This document shows positions 1-8,608 of a stretch of DNA of 64,000 bases, one piece after another (within the stretch, counting starts at the first letter, position 1; each line of letters starts with the position of its first letter). Both the position numbers and the translations under genes were made by a program. The DNA lies in assembly GCA_937889945.1 (NCBI GenBank), contig CALBZC010000026.1:64871-128870 (forward strand), written 5' to 3'. The DNA is from an uncultured Bacteroidales bacterium. GTDB taxonomy: Bacteria; Bacteroidota; Bacteroidia; Bacteroidales; UBA4417. The notes beneath the pieces are model-generated. The model saw only the letters and a program-made list of their open reading frames with translations, was not told the DNA's origin and ran no database searches.

Positions 1-87
1 CATTTGATATAAAAATAGCCTATGGAGAAATTGTTAAAATACCCTACCCTGTATGCTGAAAAACTTTAGGGATAAAAACAACTAAAA

Positions 88-1554
88 ATGAAAAAGCTTC
101 GCCCTGTCATGTTTGTAGGAACCGGTTCGGATGTAGGAAAATCGGTGGTGAATACCGGATTTTGCCGTCTATTCTTACAGGACGGCTATACCCCTGCTCC
201 ATTTAAGGCGCAAAACATGTCGTTAAACAGCTACGTAACGCCTGACGGGCTGGAGATAGGAATTGCACAAGCCGCACAAGCGGAAGCTTGCGGCATTGCA
301 TGCACCGTAGAAATGAATCCTATTTTGCTGAAACCTACAAGTCATTCCAAATCGCAATTGGTACTAAACGGCAAGCCTCAAGGGAATGCAACCGCCGCAG
401 AATACTTTAACCATACCGATCGCGATATGCTTTTTGCAAACGCCATGAATGCCTTTGCCACGCTGCAAAGTAAATATAACCCTATTGTGATAGAAGGCGC
501 GGGAAGCATTTCGGAAATGAACCTGTGGAATAAAGATATTGTTAACATGCGCGTGGCTGCACACGTGCAAGCTGCCACATATTTGGTTGCCGATATAGAC
601 AAAGGAGGCGTGTTTGCCAGTGTTTACGGTTCTGTTAAACTGCTTCCCCCTCATCATCAGGATTTAATAAAGGGTATTATCATCAACAAATTCAGGGGCG
701 ATTTGTCTCTTTTTGAAGAAGGTAAAACCATTATAAAAAACATAACGGGGAAACCCGTGGTAGGCGTTATTCCTTACTATGACAATATCTACATAGAGCC
801 GGAAGATTCCGTATGCCTGAAAGAGAAAAATAAACGCATGGAAACAGGAAAAGTGAATATAGCGGTAGTGCGGCTGCCACACATGTCTAATTTTTCCGAT
901 TTCGATATGCTGGAACAAATGGCAGACATCAACCTTTTTTATACGGAAAATGCCGATGAGCTCAACGCTGCCGATATTGTTATTATTCCGGGCACCAAAA
1001 ACACACTGTCCGATTTGGCATTCATACAACAAAAAGGGATAGCCACTGCTTTGCAAGCACGACACAGGGAAAATAAACCCATATACGGCATTTGCGGAGG
1101 CTATCAGATGATGGGCGAACAAATATCCGACCCGCAAAGCGTGGAAGGCAACATTCAAAAACTTGACGGACTGGGCATATTGCCTGTAAAAACAACGATC
1201 TTAACCGACAAACAAACCCGCCAATGCGAATTTACTTTCCTTGACGAAAAAGACATCTGCAAAGGCTATGAAATACACATGGGGCAAACCACTTCACTTT
1301 ATGCACGCCCTGTATGCACACTTGCAAATGGGGAAAACGACGGCTATTTCGTCAATAGAAACACGTGGGGAAGCTATATACACGGCATTTTTAACAACCA
1401 CAGTGTTATTAAGTCCATTTTACAACAAATGCGCACGCAACCTCAACCCTATCTCAACCACCAAGCCCGCAAAGAAGAAAGTTATAACAAGTTGGCCGAC
1501 TTGATACGCTCAAGCGTGGACGTGGACTATATTTACAAAAGCATGCAATTATGA
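88..1554 (+). CDS. cobQ: cobyric acid synthase CobQ
   Basis: 488 aa. N-terminal CobQ/MinD-type P-loop region (VMFVGTGSDVGKS). C-terminal GATase-like domain with nucleophile Cys (GICGGYQMMG) and YIHG. Followed by cobD and cbiB with overlapping stop/start codons. Confidence 0.9.
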   Translation: MKKLRPVMFVGTGSDVGKSVVNTGFCRLFLQDGYTPAPFKAQNMSLNSYVTPDGLEIGIAQAAQAEACGIACTVEMNPILLKPTSHSKSQLVLNGKPQGNATAAEYFNHTDRDMLFANAMNAFATLQSKYNPIVIEGAGSISEMNLWNKDIVNMRVAAHVQAATYLVADIDKGGVFASVYGSVKLLPPHHQDLIKGIIINKFRGDLSLFEEGKTIIKNITGKPVVGVIPYYDNIYIEPEDSVCLKEKNKRMETGKVNIAVVRLPHMSNFSDFDMLEQMADINLFYTENADELNAADIVIIPGTKNTLSDLAFIQQKGIATALQARHRENKPIYGICGGYQMMGEQISDPQSVEGNIQKLDGLGILPVKTTILTDKQTRQCEFTFLDEKDICKGYEIHMGQTTSLYARPVCTLANGENDGYFVNRNTWGSYIHGIFNNHSVIKSILQQMRTQPQPYLNHQARKEESYNKLADLIRSSVDVDYIYKSMQL

Positions 1555-2585
1555 TAGAAGGACACGGAAACGACATATATAAATATCAAGGAAAAATAGC
1601 CGGCGATTTTAGCTCCAATATTGTGTATTGCGGAATGCACAAGGATTTGGAAGCTTTTTTGTCTAAACAAGTAAAACGTGCCGGCAATTACCCCGACCCT
1701 CATGCTTTGGAGCTGAAAGAAAAAATTGCAGCATTCCACCACATAAAAAGCACACAGGTTTTGGTTACAAATGGTTCGGCAGAAGCATTTTACCTGATAG
1801 CACACTCCATGCAAGGAAAAAAATCCGCCATTGCCATTCCCTCATTTGCCGAATATGAAGATGCATGCAAGTTATATAAACACGACATTACCTATCAATC
1901 CATACATACAATAGATACAAACATATCCGTTGACACAGATGCGTTTTGGTTGGGTATTCCAAATAATCCTGACGGGAAAATCACAGATACAAACACCTTA
2001 AACCATCTTCTCGCCACCTATGCACAAACACGCTTTGTTGTAGATACAGCATACGAAGCCCTCTGCCCAGCCTGCAAGCCGCTTACTTCATTGCATGAAA
2101 AATATTTTAATCTTATTTCCGTTCATTCCCTTACCAAAACCTTTGCTATTCCCGGTTTACGTATAGGCTATATAGTGGCGGCTCCCGATATTATTGAAAA
2201 CATACAACACTTATGCATTCCCTGGAGTGTGAACACCCTTGCCATTGCCGCCGGATGTTATATCCTCGATAATTATGCCCGCCTGCAACCCGATGTAGAA
2301 AAGATACATGCCGAAAGCAGCGCTTTCCAAAAACAAATAAGCGCTATAAAAGGATTGAAGGTTTATCCTTCCGATTGCAATTATTTTTTGGTACAAATTA
2401 TCAACGGGGCAACTGCTTCAGTCCTCAAACAATACCTTATAGAAAAACACGGTTTATTAATACGCGATGCTTCTAATTTCAGGGGATTAGACAATACCTA
2501 TTTCAGGCTTGCGCTGCAAAACAAAGAACTCAACCATCAACTTATCACCGCCCTTAATAAATGGGCAACTACCATACATGGATAG
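1551..2585 (+). CDS. cobD: threonine-phosphate decarboxylase (CobD/CobC-type PLP aminotransferase fold)
   Basis: 344 aa. N-terminal GHGND, NNPDG, and PLP-lysine context SLTKTF. ATGA start/stop overlap with cobQ. Lies between cobQ and cbiB. Confidence 0.8.
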   Translation: MIEGHGNDIYKYQGKIAGDFSSNIVYCGMHKDLEAFLSKQVKRAGNYPDPHALELKEKIAAFHHIKSTQVLVTNGSAEAFYLIAHSMQGKKSAIAIPSFAEYEDACKLYKHDITYQSIHTIDTNISVDTDAFWLGIPNNPDGKITDTNTLNHLLATYAQTRFVVDTAYEALCPACKPLTSLHEKYFNLISVHSLTKTFAIPGLRIGYIVAAPDIIENIQHLCIPWSVNTLAIAAGCYILDNYARLQPDVEKIHAESSAFQKQISAIKGLKVYPSDCNYFLVQIINGATASVLKQYLIEKHGLLIRDASNFRGLDNTYFRLALQNKELNHQLITALNKWATTIHG

Positions 2586-3513
2586 ATTTTATATTTATAT
2601 TATTCCTTTGCTTATAGGTTTCGTGCTTGATAGCTTACTGGGCGACCCACACCGCTTGCCGCATCCTATCCGTTTTTTTGGCAACTGTATATCTTTTGCC
2701 GATAGGCGCTTTAATAAGGGTGAGCATAAAAAGCTAAAAGGCTTGCTCAGCGCGGCAATACTCATCGTGCTCACATGGCTGACGTTGTGGGGCGCCACCT
2801 ACGCTCTGCTTCAAAAAAGCATGACGCTCTACTACGTTTTTGCTTCCGTTATGTTTTTTTATGGCATAAGCAATCGCAGCCTTATTTCCGAAGCCTTGAA
2901 AGTTGAAAAGTCGCTACTGGCTGATGATATAGAAAAAGCACGTCTAAATCTCAGCTATATTGTGGGGCGCGACACAGCACAACTCTCAGCACAAAAAATA
3001 CGGGTAGCTACTTTGGAAACACTTGCCGAAAATTTGAGCGACGGCATTATAGCGCCTGTATTTTATTATGCCATTGGGGGCATTCCGCTTATGTTTGCCT
3101 ACAAAATGGCGAACACGCTGGATTCCATGATAGGCTACAAAAACGAGAAATATAAAGATTTCGGCTGGTTTGCCGCCCGCTTTGATGATGTGGCAAATTT
3201 TATCCCTGCACGCATTACGGCAATGCTGATGGTGCTAGCAAGTTGCAGCGCGAGAGGATTGTTTTTTATATTCCGCTACGGGCACAAGCACGCCAGCCCC
3301 AACGCGGGCTACCCTGAGGCTGCACTCGCGGGCATTTTGGATTGCCGCTTTGGCGGACCCAATCTATACCATGGCATACTTGTAGAAAAACCTTACATCG
3401 GCAGCAATAACAGAGCCGTTACCCATACCGATTTTATAAAAAGTTGCCGGATAAATATCCTGAGCGTGCTGCTGATGCTTGCAGGAACAACACTTTTGTT
3501 GTGCTTAATATAA
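2578..3513 (+). CDS. cbiB: adenosylcobinamide-phosphate synthase CbiB
   Basis: Track ORF starts at 2509. The ATG at 2578 (MDRFYIYIIPLL...) overlaps the cobD stop and gives 311 aa, the usual CbiB size. Multi-TM protein with GDPHRLPHPIRFFG and NAGYPEAALAGIL motifs. Confidence 0.85.
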   Translation: MDRFYIYIIPLLIGFVLDSLLGDPHRLPHPIRFFGNCISFADRRFNKGEHKKLKGLLSAAILIVLTWLTLWGATYALLQKSMTLYYVFASVMFFYGISNRSLISEALKVEKSLLADDIEKARLNLSYIVGRDTAQLSAQKIRVATLETLAENLSDGIIAPVFYYAIGGIPLMFAYKMANTLDSMIGYKNEKYKDFGWFAARFDDVANFIPARITAMLMVLASCSARGLFFIFRYGHKHASPNAGYPEAALAGILDCRFGGPNLYHGILVEKPYIGSNNRAVTHTDFIKSCRINILSVLLMLAGTTLLLCLI

Positions 3514-3572
3514 GTGTGCGGACAATATAATAGCTTTCATTCCCTCCGTGCTACATATCCTCCATGTTAAAG

Positions 3573-3609
3573 ATTTCAATAATAAATTCTACGATAGTGC
3601 GATTAAAAG
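3573..3609 (-). repeat. solitary degenerate CRISPR repeat (array-2 type)
   Basis: ATTTCAAT[7-nt insertion]ATTCTACGATAGTGCGATTAAAAG. The 3' 24 nt match the 8797-8959 repeat with one mismatch. Same orientation as both arrays, with no leader-like sequence next to it. Confidence 0.7.
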
Positions 3610-3662
3610 GATGAAGCTGTTAAGTTGTATGAAAAAATGAATAAAGTGGAATAGCAGTATAA

Positions 3663-3896
3663 TTATAGCCCGTCATCTGATTGTATGAAGTCGAAAAATG
3701 CAGCGCGGATGATAAGGAATATTAAACCTAAAAGCGGAATAAAAGAGGCATATTTTATAATCCATAAAATGATATGAAAAAAAGTAATATTGTGTAAGAA
3801 ATAATCTAAAGTCCATGCAACTATACTGATTACGATAGCATAAAAGAGAGGATCTGTATATTTTTTAATATTTCTCATGTTACAAAGATAATACAA
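3663..3896 (-). CDS. small hydrophobic protein (2 predicted TM helices), function unknown
   Basis: 77-aa ORF; a more likely start is MRNIKKY at 3878. Two long hydrophobic stretches and very AT-rich. Lies inside the repeat-bracketed insert. Coding status not proven. Confidence 0.3.
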   Translation of the reverse strand: MYYLCNMRNIKKYTDPLFYAIVISIVAWTLDYFLHNITFFHIILWIIKYASFIPLLGLIFLIIRAAFFDFIQSDDGL

Positions 3897-3932
3897 AAAT
3901 TATGCAAATATATAATTTTATAAAAATAAACT

Positions 3933-4455
3933 ATGGCAAATGTGAGTAGTGCGCTGGCGTTAGCCTTGATAGTTTCGGCAAACACCAATAATGCGCGCGC
4001 GGAAATGGGTAGTTTCGGGCATTTTATTGTGGGTAAAATGAAGCAAATGCGTGATGCGGGAGCAAAGATGCAGGTTACAGGTAAAAATATGCGCCAAAGC
4101 GGGTTGGATGATGTGAAGCAGGGATTGGCTGCTATTGCGCCTGTGGCGTTTGCGGCAAAAAAAGCGATGAGTTTTGAAGATGCCAGAGCTGATTGGGCTA
4201 AAGTGGCTAATGTGGATAGAAGTAGTGTTGAATTTAAAAAAATGAATGGAGAGGCGTTAAAGCTTGGTCGTTATTTGGCTAAAGATGGGGAGGAAGCTTA
4301 TTCTTTGTTTAGTTCGCTAACAGCGAGTGGTATTAAAGATAGTGATTTAAAATATGTCTCTAAAATAGCCGGAGAGGCGTCTGTGGCGTTTGATATGATA
4401 GCAGATGAAGCCGGTACTGTCTATACTGGAATAAAAAAGGCAATAGGGCTTCAAA
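3933..4455 (+). pseudogene. 5' fragment of a phage tail tape-measure-like gene, truncated by the CRISPR array
   Basis: Residues ~70-175 show the tape-measure core pattern (KKAMSFEDARADWAKVANV..EALKLGRYL..LTASGIKDSDL..GEASVAFDMIADEAG..GIKKAIGL). Similarity ends at ~4450, and the ORF then reads through a degenerate repeat and a spacer to a stop at 4520. Locally higher GC than the flanks. Confidence 0.6.
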
Positions 4456-6926
4456 ATTTCAATTCTAAAATAGTACAATTAAAAGCTTTGAAAGAACTTT
4501 CGTATAAGTTATCATCTTAAAATTTCAATTCCAATATGGTGCAATTAAAAGTACAACTAAGTCTTTTGAGGGCGCCCATGTTTGGTTATTTCAATTCCAA
4601 TACGGTGCAATTAAAAGAAAAAAATAAAGACATGAACTTACAAGAATTAACGTTTCAATTCCAATATGGTGCAATTAAAAGATAAATACTATACGTCCTA
4701 CCGTATAGCAAAAAACCTTTCAATTCCAATATGGTACAATTAAAAGTCCCGGATACATCCTGCATGTTTTTAGCGAGATTTTCAGTTTCAATTCCAATAT
4801 GGTACAATTAAAAGTACTTGCTATATATGTGCAGGAGATGTTGTTTATACGTTTCAATTCCAATATGGTACAATTAAAAGTGAGCAAACAAACGCGGCAT
4901 TACAAGCCCTCGCGCAGTTTCAATTCCAATATGGTACAATTAAAAGTACAATTGCTTCGTATTTTTATTAATATCAAAAAGAGTTTCAATTCCAATATGG
5001 TACAATTAAAAGTCAGAGGGCGAAACGGGTTTTGTAGGACTACTGTTTGGTTTCAATTCCAATATGGTACAATTAAAAGACCCTTGTGTTCTTTGTCTGA
5101 TTCTATAAGTATAGTGTTTCAATTCCAATATGGTACAATTAAAAGGGAGTGCAGAATTTAATCCTTCTACAGAAATAAAGAGTTTCAATTCCAATATGGT
5201 ACAATTAAAAGTGTTGGTTATCATATTAATAGTTTGTATAGTCCTTAGTTTCAATTCCAATATGGTACAATTAAAAGATTCAAATGCAGAGGCTATGCAA
5301 ATATTTAAAAAAGCGTTTCAATTCCAATATGGTACAATTAAAAGGAAACTAATATTTCGTATGGGGATTTATTTAAAATGTTTCAATTCCAATATGGTAC
5401 AATTAAAAGCAGAAAAGTATTTTATATGAGATGTATGCCTACGGGGTTTCAATTCCAATATGGTACAATTAAAAGATATCTCCTTACACGTGAACTTGCC
5501 AAACTAACTGTGTTTCAATTCCAATATGGTACAATTAAAAGTACGATTACATGTCTCCCGCTGCGCACCAAGTGCGTGTTTCAATTCCAATATGGTACAA
5601 TTAAAAGGATGCTCGAGACCGTAAAAGCTCAAATGGCTGTTTTGTTTCAATTCCAATATGGTACAATTAAAAGAATTTATATTCTACCCGAGATAATTCC
5701 GTATCATGTTTCAATTCCAATATGGTACAATTAAAAGATAATAACACATGTCAAGTTCAATTGAGGCGTAATGGGTTTCAATTCCAATATGGTACAATTA
5801 AAAGCCAAACAATTCAACGATTGCTCCGGCATAATTACGTTTCAATTCCAATATGGTACAATTAAAAGTCAGTGTCGGCGGCGCATGGCAGTATTCCTAC
5901 TAACGTTTCAATTCCAATATGGTACAATTAAAAGTACAATCTGTATATCACGAAAATCGCCGAAATCCAGCAGTTTCAATTCCAATATGGTACAATTAAA
6001 AGTAAGGAGTTTGAAAATTTACACTTGTCGTTAAATCTGTTTCAATTCCAATATGGTACAATTAAAAGACAATTCGTTTTTACCCCCTTAAACCATAAAA
6101 AAAAGTTTCAATTCCAATATGGTACAATTAAAAGTAGTAACCGAAGACGGCAAGGTATATGCCATAGATGGTTTCAATTCCAATATGGTACAATTAAAAG
6201 GGTGTAATGATAGAATAAAAGAGTTATTAACACAGTTTCAATTCCAATATGGTACAATTAAAAGTTAAAACCGCCCTTGCAAACGACACGACAGTGCAAG
6301 GGTTTCAATTCCAATATGGTACAATTAAAAGAATTAACACATACCCTTTAACAGAAGCTATATTACAGTTTCAATTCCAATATGGTACAATTAAAAGTTT
6401 GTTTTTTTCTATGACCTTCATAAAAGCATTATGTTTCAATTCCAATATGGTACAATTAAAAGCAAGAGTAGGTAGCATGGGAACATCAGCCATGCGTAAG
6501 TTTCAATTCCAATATGGTACAATTAAAAGAATACTTGGCCGTCTTCGCCAAATGGGTCTGTATTTGTTTCAATTCCAATATGGTACAATTAAAAGACGGA
6601 CAAGAAGGTTGGGAGTCTACTAAAAAAGCGCGTTTCAATTCCAATATGGTACAATTAAAAGGGAACAGGTCAAGCCGCTGCAGCAACGGCTTCACCAGGG
6701 TTTCAATTCCAATATGGTACAATTAAAAGGCTAAAGGCTTTGAGGCTCAAAAGGGCTGTAAACAAAGTTTCAATTCCAATATGGTACAATTAAAAGCGCT
6801 TTCACTTTATCTAAATCAGTTGAAACATTTTGTTTCAATTCCAATATGGTACAATTAAAAGTTCGATGACAACGATAAGCTTATTGCTTTTTCACGGTTT
6901 CAATTCCAATATGGTACAATTAAAAG
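4456..6926 (-). CRISPR. CRISPR array 1: 38 x 30-bp repeats, 37 unique spacers (34-38 bp)
   Basis: Plus-strand repeat GTTTCAATTCCAATATGGTACAATTAAAAG. Repeat starts: 4456, 4522, 4588, 4652, 4717, 4785, 4851, 4917, 4983, 5050, 5116, 5182, 5248, 5315, 5380, 5446, 5512, 5578, 5644, 5708, 5775, 5839, 5905, 5973, 6039, 6105, 6171, 6235, 6302, 6368, 6433, 6500, 6566, 6632, 6700, 6767, 6832, 6897. The 33 copies from 4785 onward are identical; variants occur only at the low-coordinate end. On the minus strand the repeat reads CTTTTAATTGTACCATATTGGAATTGAAAC. It ends in ATTGAAAC, the classic 8-nt crRNA 5' handle of Cas6-processed type I-B/III repeats. Confidence 0.97.
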
Positions 6927-7083
6927 TCGTTATTTTTAAAAATACAACAGCCTAGTTTTATTGGGATTCAGCCCGTTTTTTCTTCCGCAAAAATAACAAA
7001 AAGTTGTCGATGTGCCATGCTATAAAAATACCCGCTCAGCGACAACTTTATATATCTATCTTATTTTCAGCATATCAAAGAGC
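6927..7083 (-). promoter_or_regulatory. CRISPR leader 1 with candidate promoter and inverted repeat
   Basis: About 125 bp are ~95% identical to 8960-9084, and weaker similarity continues further. The minus strand carries TATTTTTG (plus coordinates 6988-6995), matching the Bacteroidota -7 consensus TAnnTTTG about 60 nt upstream of the first repeat. Inverted repeat AAGTTGTCG (7001-7009) / CGACAACTT (7040-7048), with a third CGACAACTT at 7141-7149. Confidence 0.7.
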
Positions 7084-7390
7084 TTTTTTGTATATTTTTT
7101 ACTTTATCCTAACACAATTTACATCATTTTTCAAATTGATCGACAACTTAAAGACTTAGATAATTGTATAAAGCAAAGTATATCAATAATTTATACAATC
7201 ATTCTTTTTAGGGATAAAAATAACGAAAATATTATTCTTTTGCCTGCAAACTTCTAATAAAATATTCTCTTTTCAAAAAATTTAAATAAAAATGCGATGC
7301 ATCATATACATTGAGCTATATAGTACTGATACGCTATACGTGCCAATGTAGGTAGTACGGATTATATATCAAGCACTCCTGTTAACTATA

Positions 7391-8512
7391 TTATTTGTTG
7401 TCGAAAGAAATTTCTTTTAATGTATAATTTGTGCTTCTTCCGCCACTTAGCTGTTTTTCCAGCATATTTTTTCGTATTAAATCCTGAATATCGCGAAGAG
7501 CGGTATCTTGTGAACATTTATTAATTTTCCCCCACTTGGTAGTGGTTAACGTTCCTTCAAATCCATCAAGCAATTTATTAATTGTTTTGCGTTGTCTGTT
7601 ATTGAGCATGGTGCTAGCGTGGTGTTTCCAAAATTCAGCCTTATACAAAACGTTGGACAGCGTTTTGGCTGTAGAATCAATGGCATTTATCAGGCATTGC
7701 AAAAACCATATAATCCATTCCGTTATATCTGTATCCCCTTTCTGCGCTTGCTCCAATTGCTCATAATATCGTTTTCTTTCAAGTCTAATTTGTGCAGACA
7801 TACTATAGAAGCGCCGGGGGCTTTTGTCCGACCGTGCCAGCATCATATCGGTGATAGCTCTCGTTATCCGCCCGTTTCCGTCATCAAAAGGATGAATGGT
7901 AACAAACCATAAATGCGCAATAGCAGCTTTAAGAACAAAGTCTGTTTCACGCTCGTTTTCAAACCAATCAAGAAATTTTTTCATTTCGCCCTCTATTCTT
8001 TGGGAGTTTGGCGCTTGAAAATGAACTTTTTCCTTTCCCATTGCGCCGGACACCACCTGCATAGGTCCGCTTGTGTCTTTTCGCCATTCCCCAACGGTTA
8101 TTTTATAAAGATTGCTCCACCCTGTGGGAAATAATGCAGCATGCCAACCAAATAGTCTCTCTTTTGTTAAAGGCAAATCGAAGTGTTGTGTGGCATCAAG
8201 CATCATTTCAACAATGCCGTCAACATGGCGTTCTGCCTCCACCGCGCCCGCAATGTCTAGTCCGAGTCGGCGTGCAATCGAAGAGCGTACTTGTGCTATT
8301 TCTAAATATTCCCCTTCGATTTCAGCGGATTTCGTAATATCTAAAGTCAGCGTATTTAACAAGGCTTCGTTTTGTAAATCAAAGCCTAAAGACTCCATTC
8401 TACCCAAAAGCCTTCCTTGCACATTTCTTGCTTCCGCAAGTTTTATAAGAACTTTTTTATCATCCCAGGTAAAATTTGTCCAATTTTCTTTTTCGTGTAT
8501 ATAAATTTTCAT
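7391..8512 (-). CDS. Fic family protein (class II, AMPylase-type active site, C-terminal wHTH-like tail)
   Basis: Canonical Fic motif HPFDDGNGRITR (plus coordinates 7859-7894). N-terminal inhibitory-helix motif SAEIEG, i.e. (S/T)xxxE(G/N). The probable true start is MKIYIHEKENWTNFTWD at 8512, typical of the Fic N-terminal domain. The track ORF extends to 8533. Confidence 0.85.
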   Translation of the reverse strand: MKIYIHEKENWTNFTWDDKKVLIKLAEARNVQGRLLGRMESLGFDLQNEALLNTLTLDITKSAEIEGEYLEIAQVRSSIARRLGLDIAGAVEAERHVDGIVEMMLDATQHFDLPLTKERLFGWHAALFPTGWSNLYKITVGEWRKDTSGPMQVVSGAMGKEKVHFQAPNSQRIEGEMKKFLDWFENERETDFVLKAAIAHLWFVTIHPFDDGNGRITRAITDMMLARSDKSPRRFYSMSAQIRLERKRYYEQLEQAQKGDTDITEWIIWFLQCLINAIDSTAKTLSNVLYKAEFWKHHASTMLNNRQRKTINKLLDGFEGTLTTTKWGKINKCSQDTALRDIQDLIRKNMLEKQLSGGRSTNYTLKEISFDNK

Positions 8513-8608
8513 TCTCCGCAAATTAAGCAACAAATATACAACTTATTCTCCGCAAATACTATTTTCTCCGCAAAAAATGCATGGATTACATAAACTAATC
8601 TCCGCATA
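8512..8608 (-). promoter_or_regulatory. cluster of 11-mer direct repeats at and upstream of the fic start
   Basis: TTCTCCGCAAA occurs perfectly at 8512-8522, 8546-8556 and 8564-8574, with the variant ATCTCCGCATA at 8598-8608. Spacing is 34/18/34 bp. The first copy abuts the fic ATG. Confidence 0.5.

Noticed and set aside
1-87. Possible cobalamin riboswitch upstream of cobQ.
   Set aside because: Only 87 nt are available and no B12-box-like sequence is visible. It cannot be supported from this window.
4552-5972. Five of 37 spacers begin with TAC on the plus strand (at 4552, 4815, 4947, 5542, 5935), and seven begin with TA.
   Set aside because: The sample is small and the sequence AT-rich. This is also the 3' (handle-distal) end of the spacer in the transcribed orientation, where no PAM-derived bias is expected. 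It is noted but not claimed as a signal.
4799-6726. Many 60-124-aa ORFs on both strands across the CRISPR array, with reiterated peptides such as FQFQYGTIKR, FNSNMVQLK and FNCTILELK.
   Set aside because: The repeated peptides are simply translations of the 30-bp CRISPR repeat in different frames. The ORFs are artefacts of the array.
7162-7169. Search for a tracrRNA-like anti-repeat near the arrays. The best hit is TAATTGTA, complementary to part of the repeat.
   Set aside because: An 8-nt match in AT-rich DNA is expected by chance. The 30-bp repeat with an ATTGAAAC tag points to Cas6-type processing, not a type II system.
7163-7199. 10-bp perfect inverted repeat ATTGTATAAA / TTTATACAAT with a 17-nt loop, between the fic stop and leader 1.
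   Set aside because: The stem is almost pure A/T, and there is no T-run on the strand where it would terminate fic. It is possibly meaningful but indistinguishable from AT-rich background.
7012-7257. 81-aa plus-strand ORF overlapping CRISPR leader 1.
   Set aside because: It has extremely AT-rich, low-complexity Ile/Tyr/Phe composition and starts inside the duplicated leader. No homologous ORF exists in leader 2 because the sequences diverge exactly there.
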